Part shown: positions 35,175-39,026 of the stretch, in pieces
Position numbering within the stretch: the stretch's first letter is position 1
Layout: every line of letters begins with the position of its first letter
Assembly (NCBI RefSeq): GCF_004010195.1
Contig: NC_057719.1
Span: forward strand, 69,243,845-69,282,870
Reading direction: 5' to 3'
From: Chiloscyllium plagiosum
Lineage: Eukaryota
DNA length: 39,026 nucleotides
Translations under genes and position numbers: made by a program
Notes under the pieces: generated by a model
The model's database searches: none
Seen by the model: only the letters and a program-made list of their open reading frames with translations
What the model was told of the DNA's origin: nothing

Positions 35175-36060
35175 CTATCTAGTTGAAATCCTGTGCAAAA
35201 CCATTTGACAAAATAAGATGATATTCCATAACTTCTGCTGATTTTGTGATGTCAAATAAAGATAATTAGCTTGTGCTGCAGAGTTTCATCAGGCTGCAGT
35301 ATCTTTTCAAGTGTTGTACTCTTCCACATTTATAGCACGCTGCTCCCTCTGCTGGGCACTTATTGCATTTGTAGTGTTGCCTTGAACCACATCTTGTGCA
35401 TTTTGTCAGGTGAGTGATGAGGTTGTCTCCTACTTCTGCCATTTTGGTAGGTTTTTGGAGGATGCCATTATCATTCCTACCCATCTGACTGCATCTGAAG
35501 GAGCCTTGGTGTTGCTTCTGTTCAGGACCCAAGGATGGACCATAATCACATTTTTTATATTATATTGAATTACCTGTTGCGTTGTAAGCCTCACTTACTA
35601 CTGAAGGAAGTTGGACAATCATTTCATCCCAGGTACCTACAATGACCAGATCTTAAGACCCATTAATCTGTATAAAATCGGTTAAAAATTATTCAAATGG
35701 ATTCTTTGTCACTGGGACCTTTTGTTAAATCTTACCAGTTCTATCACAAGATTTCTCTTTGGACTGGAATGTGCACCAAAACATTGACTTATGATTCGAA
35801 CTCAATCTGTTTGGCATTGTTCCTTTTCTGAAGTGTTCCTTTTCTCTGCAGTATGCCTCATGATGACATCATTGGCCAAAGGCTTGCTTGCAAGAAACAG
35901 AACCCTAATATTGTCCTGTACCTCTGGAATTTTTACCATCACACTCCCGCTTTGTTGTGGACCCTGAACTTGCTTAAACTGCTGTGGTGGGGTCATACTG
36001 AAGCTGCCATGCTGCTTGGTTACTTCACTGCACTTGGTAAATATTACCATTTTCCTTTAT
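35175..36060 (-). mobile_element. Gypsy-type LTR retrotransposon gag and start of protease, decayed
   Basis: KFQRYRTILG, PKRNLVIELVRFNKR, double Zn knuckle CTRCGSRQH...CPAEGAACYKCGRVQHLKRYC, then FQLDS resembling the protease FKLD(T/S)G. Confidence 0.8.
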
Positions 36061-36107
36061 TTGCTCCAAGTCTTTTGATTATTCCTACTTGCTTGCCAAC
36101 GTATTAT

Positions 36108-36449
36108 TTAGATTCCCTACATTTTAGATTAGATTCCCTACAGTGTGGAAACAGGCCCTTCAGCCCAACAAGTCCACACCCACCCCACGAAGAGCAACCC
36201 AACCAGTCCCATTCCCCTACATTTACACCTGACTAATGCACCTAGTACTATGGGCAATTTAGCGTGGCCAATTTACCCTAACTGCACATCTTTGGACTGT
36301 GGGAGGAAACTGGACCACCCGGAGGAAACCCACGCAGACAAGGGGAGAACGTGCAAACTCCACACAGACAGTTGCCCGAGGCAGGAATTGAACCCGGGTC
36401 CCTCGTGCTATGAGGCAGCAGTGCTAACCACTGAGGCACCGTGCCACCC
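36108..36449 (-). mobile_element. HE1-type V-SINE inserted in the Gypsy leader
   Basis: tRNA head, V-domain, CR1-like tail with duplicated ttagattccctaca. Confidence 0.95.
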
Positions 36450-36621
36450 CACCTTTGGATTGTTCTGTTGCTAGAGAAGTCTTCCAATTTTGGATTCATC
36501 CTGTTTTTTTTAATCCCAAAACTGTGTTCTGGCTTCATTCCAATGATATTGAAATCTTTTGCAGCCAATGTGCTTTGACAGAACTCAGCAATAATTATGG
36601 TTTGGACTGCTGCAGCTAAGA

Positions 36622-36954
36622 TTTTTTTATTCATTCATGGGACATGTACTTCACTGGCTAAGCCAGCATGTATTGGCCATTCCTAATTACGCAGTTAGCA
36701 GTCAACCAGATTGCTTAGAGTCTGGAGTCACGTGTCGGTCAGACCAGGTAAGGATGGCAGTTTCCTTCCCTAAAGAACACTAGTGAACCAGATGGGTTTT
36801 TCTGACAATGGTTACATGGTCATTAGATTTTTAATTCCAGAATTTATTTTTATTGGATTCAAATTCCACCATCTGTCACGGCAGGATTCAAACTCATTAC
36901 CTAGGTCTTTGGATTAATAGTCCAGTGATAACACCAGTATGTCATTGCCTTCCC
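36622..36954 (-). mobile_element. tRNA-headed SINE (non-HE1), near full length
   Basis: Minus strand begins gggaaggcaatgacatactggtgttatcactggactattaatcc..gagtttgaatcc and ends ...tcccatgaatgaataaaaaaa. Confidence 0.85.
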
Positions 36955-37028
36955 AGTGAACTAAGTCCATGATTCATTGTGTTTATCTCACTGACGTGGA
37001 AATGAATAGTCGTCCCTCATGGATTTTA

Positions 37029-37044
37029 CACTCCTGGTTTACCA
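37029..37044 (-). promoter_or_regulatory. Primer binding site, tRNA-Leu type
   Basis: Minus strand TGGTAAACCAGGAGTG versus TGGTACCAGGAGTG expected for vertebrate tRNA-Leu(TAA) as I recall it (2 nt insertion); directly follows the putative LTR. Confidence 0.6.
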
Positions 37045-37306
37045 TCTCTTGAAGTCTAGACGAACTGCTATTCCTGAGTTCCTTGCAGCTCTAGCTTAAT
37101 CAAAGCCTAAACAAATTATCACATTCAGCAATATCATAGACGTTTTATCCATACACTGTTAGACATTATACTGAATACAACTCTCTGGTATAGATCTTCT
37201 CTCCCGTTCATTTCAAGTCTAATATACATGTTTCTCTCTGCTCTGCTGTTGCCAGAGTTGTATAATCATTTACATCATTAACACATTCATATCCCATTAT
37301 ACAACA
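37045..37306 (-). mobile_element. Putative 5' LTR of the Gypsy relic (~260 bp)
   Basis: Starts TGTTGTAT on the minus strand, ends ...TTCAAGAGA (one change from ...ACA) next to the PBS, upstream of gag. Confidence 0.6.
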
Positions 37307-38125
37307 GTTGCCATATCAATAGTCACCTCATTTTTCAACAAGCAGAAACACCTAGATAGTGTAACATGAATGTGAACTTTATTTTGTTGTTATTTTGGTT
37401 CGGGGGTAGATAAATTCAGAGAAGTTACCTTAACTATTTTGAGGTATACCCTGCTATTTTGGAACTTCAGTGGCACAGTCCAGGGGAATGTAATCTACTT
37501 CTCCCATCTGCAGTGATACAAAGACCCAAAAAAGGAAACAGGAGCAGAAAATATGTTACAACAAATATTCCTCCTCAGTTCTTTTCCTAAAGGCAGGTTT
37601 TTGACAATTATTCACTAAACCACAGTTGACGTTAATCTGATTCACATTCTCACTGTCTAGCCAACTGATGTAACCAGTCTCCTTAAAACAAATGTTGGTC
37701 CTAAAAATAACTGCTCACACTGTGGAGCCACGTACTATGATTTGCTTTGGTTAGCTTTCTCCAGCACTTGTCTAATTACTTTTCATTTTGGTCCTGCATG
37801 GTTAAGTAGATAAGAATTAAACTGATTATAAAATGACAAACCAAATTAATGTGACTTTCGTTAAATCGAGTAATGACCTCTGCTAAAATGTAAAAATAGC
37901 TTATTGAAGCAACATTTTGTATTTTAGTCAAGTGCATTTTTATGGTAGAGTAGAGAAGCAGCAAATATGTTTGTGCTTAGTTTTTCCACACTTTAAAGCA
38001 CAGTTTAAGTGCTGAGTAGGCCAAAAGGGATGAACTTTGAGTCTGCCTTCTCTATTTTGTCCATCTCTTGTTTATTATCTTACAGAGCAGCTGTAGTAGA
38101 GGCCTGACAGCAGTTTATATCCTTG

Positions 38126-38258
38126 GTAAAAACAATGACTGCAGATGCTGGAAACCAGAGTCTAGATTAGAGTGGTGCTGGAAAAGCACAGCAGTTCAGG
38201 CAGCATCCGAGGAGCAGTAAAATCAATGTTTCGGGCGAAAGCCCTTCATCAGGAATAC
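38126..38258. mobile_element. Single PLE-derived arm abutting an HE1 SINE
   Basis: gactgcagatgctggaaaccagag...gcagcatccgaggagcag...tttcgggcgaaagcccttcatcagg; minus strand CTGATGA-gggc/gccc-GAAA. Confidence 0.85.
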
Positions 38259-38262
38259 AGAC

Positions 38263-38571
38263 AGATTACTTACAGTGTGGAAACAGGCCCTTCAGCCCAA
38301 CAAGTCCACACCGACCCGCCAAAGCGCAACCCACCCAGACCCATTCCCCTACATTTATCCCTTCACCTAACAGGGGCAATTTAGCATGGCCAATTCACCT
38401 AACCTGCACATTTTTGGACTGTGGGAGGAAACCGGAGCTCCCGGAGGAAACCCACGCAGACACGGGGAGAATGTGCAAACTCCACACAGTCAGTCGCCTG
38501 AGGCGGGAATTGAACCCGGGTCTCTGGCGCTGTGAGGCAGCAGTGCTAACCACTGTGTCACCGTGCCGCCC
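38263..38571 (-). mobile_element. HE1-type V-SINE
   Basis: Very similar to 14395-14694; tail cut back to one agatt unit. Confidence 0.95.
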
Positions 38572-38884
38572 ACAGAGAGCCTATTTAAGACATGAGAGCT
38601 ATATTTAAGACAAGAGAGGAACATCTGTTGAATGGCGAATTTCAACCAAAGAACAGTTGGAGGAGATTTGAAGGGAAAACCATGCTAGAAAATATGCAAG
38701 ACTCAAGTGATCGCATCCCTTTTATAAATCTGAAAAATTATACTCCGACAGAACGTTAATCCTCCAGTGTTTGATAAGTGGCTGACTCAAGTTTGTTGGG
38801 ATGATAGCTGATTTGGTTCAAAGGATAATGTAATTTAAAGAGTTCAGTTTAGATTATAGATTAGGGACATTGCAAACGGCCTCA

Positions 38885-39005
38885 AGATCACAGAGTCATA
38901 CAGCACAGAAATAGACCTTTGATCCAACTCATCTATGCTGACCAGGTTTCCCAAGCTAAACCAGTCCTGTTTGCCTGCATTTAGTCCATATTCCTCTAAA
39001 CTTAA
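38885..39005 (-). mobile_element. CR1 3' end fragment
   Basis: agagtcatacagcacagaaatagaccttt...gtttgcctgcatttagtccatattcctctaaac, same type as 21298 and 19703. Confidence 0.85.
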
Positions 39006-39026
39006 TCAGAATTCATGTACTTATCC

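Noticed and set aside
35853..36236. 127 aa plus-strand ORF after a good acceptor
   Set aside because: Antisense to the Gypsy gag N-terminus and runs into an HE1 SINE.
1..39026. CRISPR array, prokaryotic defence system or endogenous virus
   Set aside because: No regularly spaced repeats, operon-like ORF runs or viral hallmark proteins; RT and nuclease motifs are all explained by CR1, Penelope and Gypsy elements.

Overview
This is AT-rich vertebrate nuclear DNA, almost certainly from an elasmobranch (shark), because it carries four HE1-type V-SINEs and matching CR1 LINEs. It is not prokaryotic or viral: I see no operons, CRISPR arrays, or rRNA/tRNA genes. A large share of the window is decayed mobile DNA: about a dozen CR1 pieces (one 3 kb copy with ORF1 esterase, APE and RT), a DeuSINE, a second tRNA-headed SINE, a Gypsy LTR relic with LTR and PBS, and Harbinger-like relics. 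Penelope-like elements (PLEs) include an RT-deleted copy with two pseudo-LTRs and several ~200 bp palindromic derivatives carrying hammerhead ribozyme cores and 10-16 bp target duplications. No intact host gene is recognisable. Between the repeats I find a series of plus-strand segments with AG/GT splice signals that translate to helical, spectrin-repeat-like peptides, most broken by stops or frameshifts, including what may be a very large exon riddled with CR1 insertions. My main hypothesis is a decayed multi-exon nesprin/spectrin-repeat-type pseudogene running through the whole window. This was judged by eye and needs a profile search. All coordinates were counted by hand and repeat boundaries are approximate.
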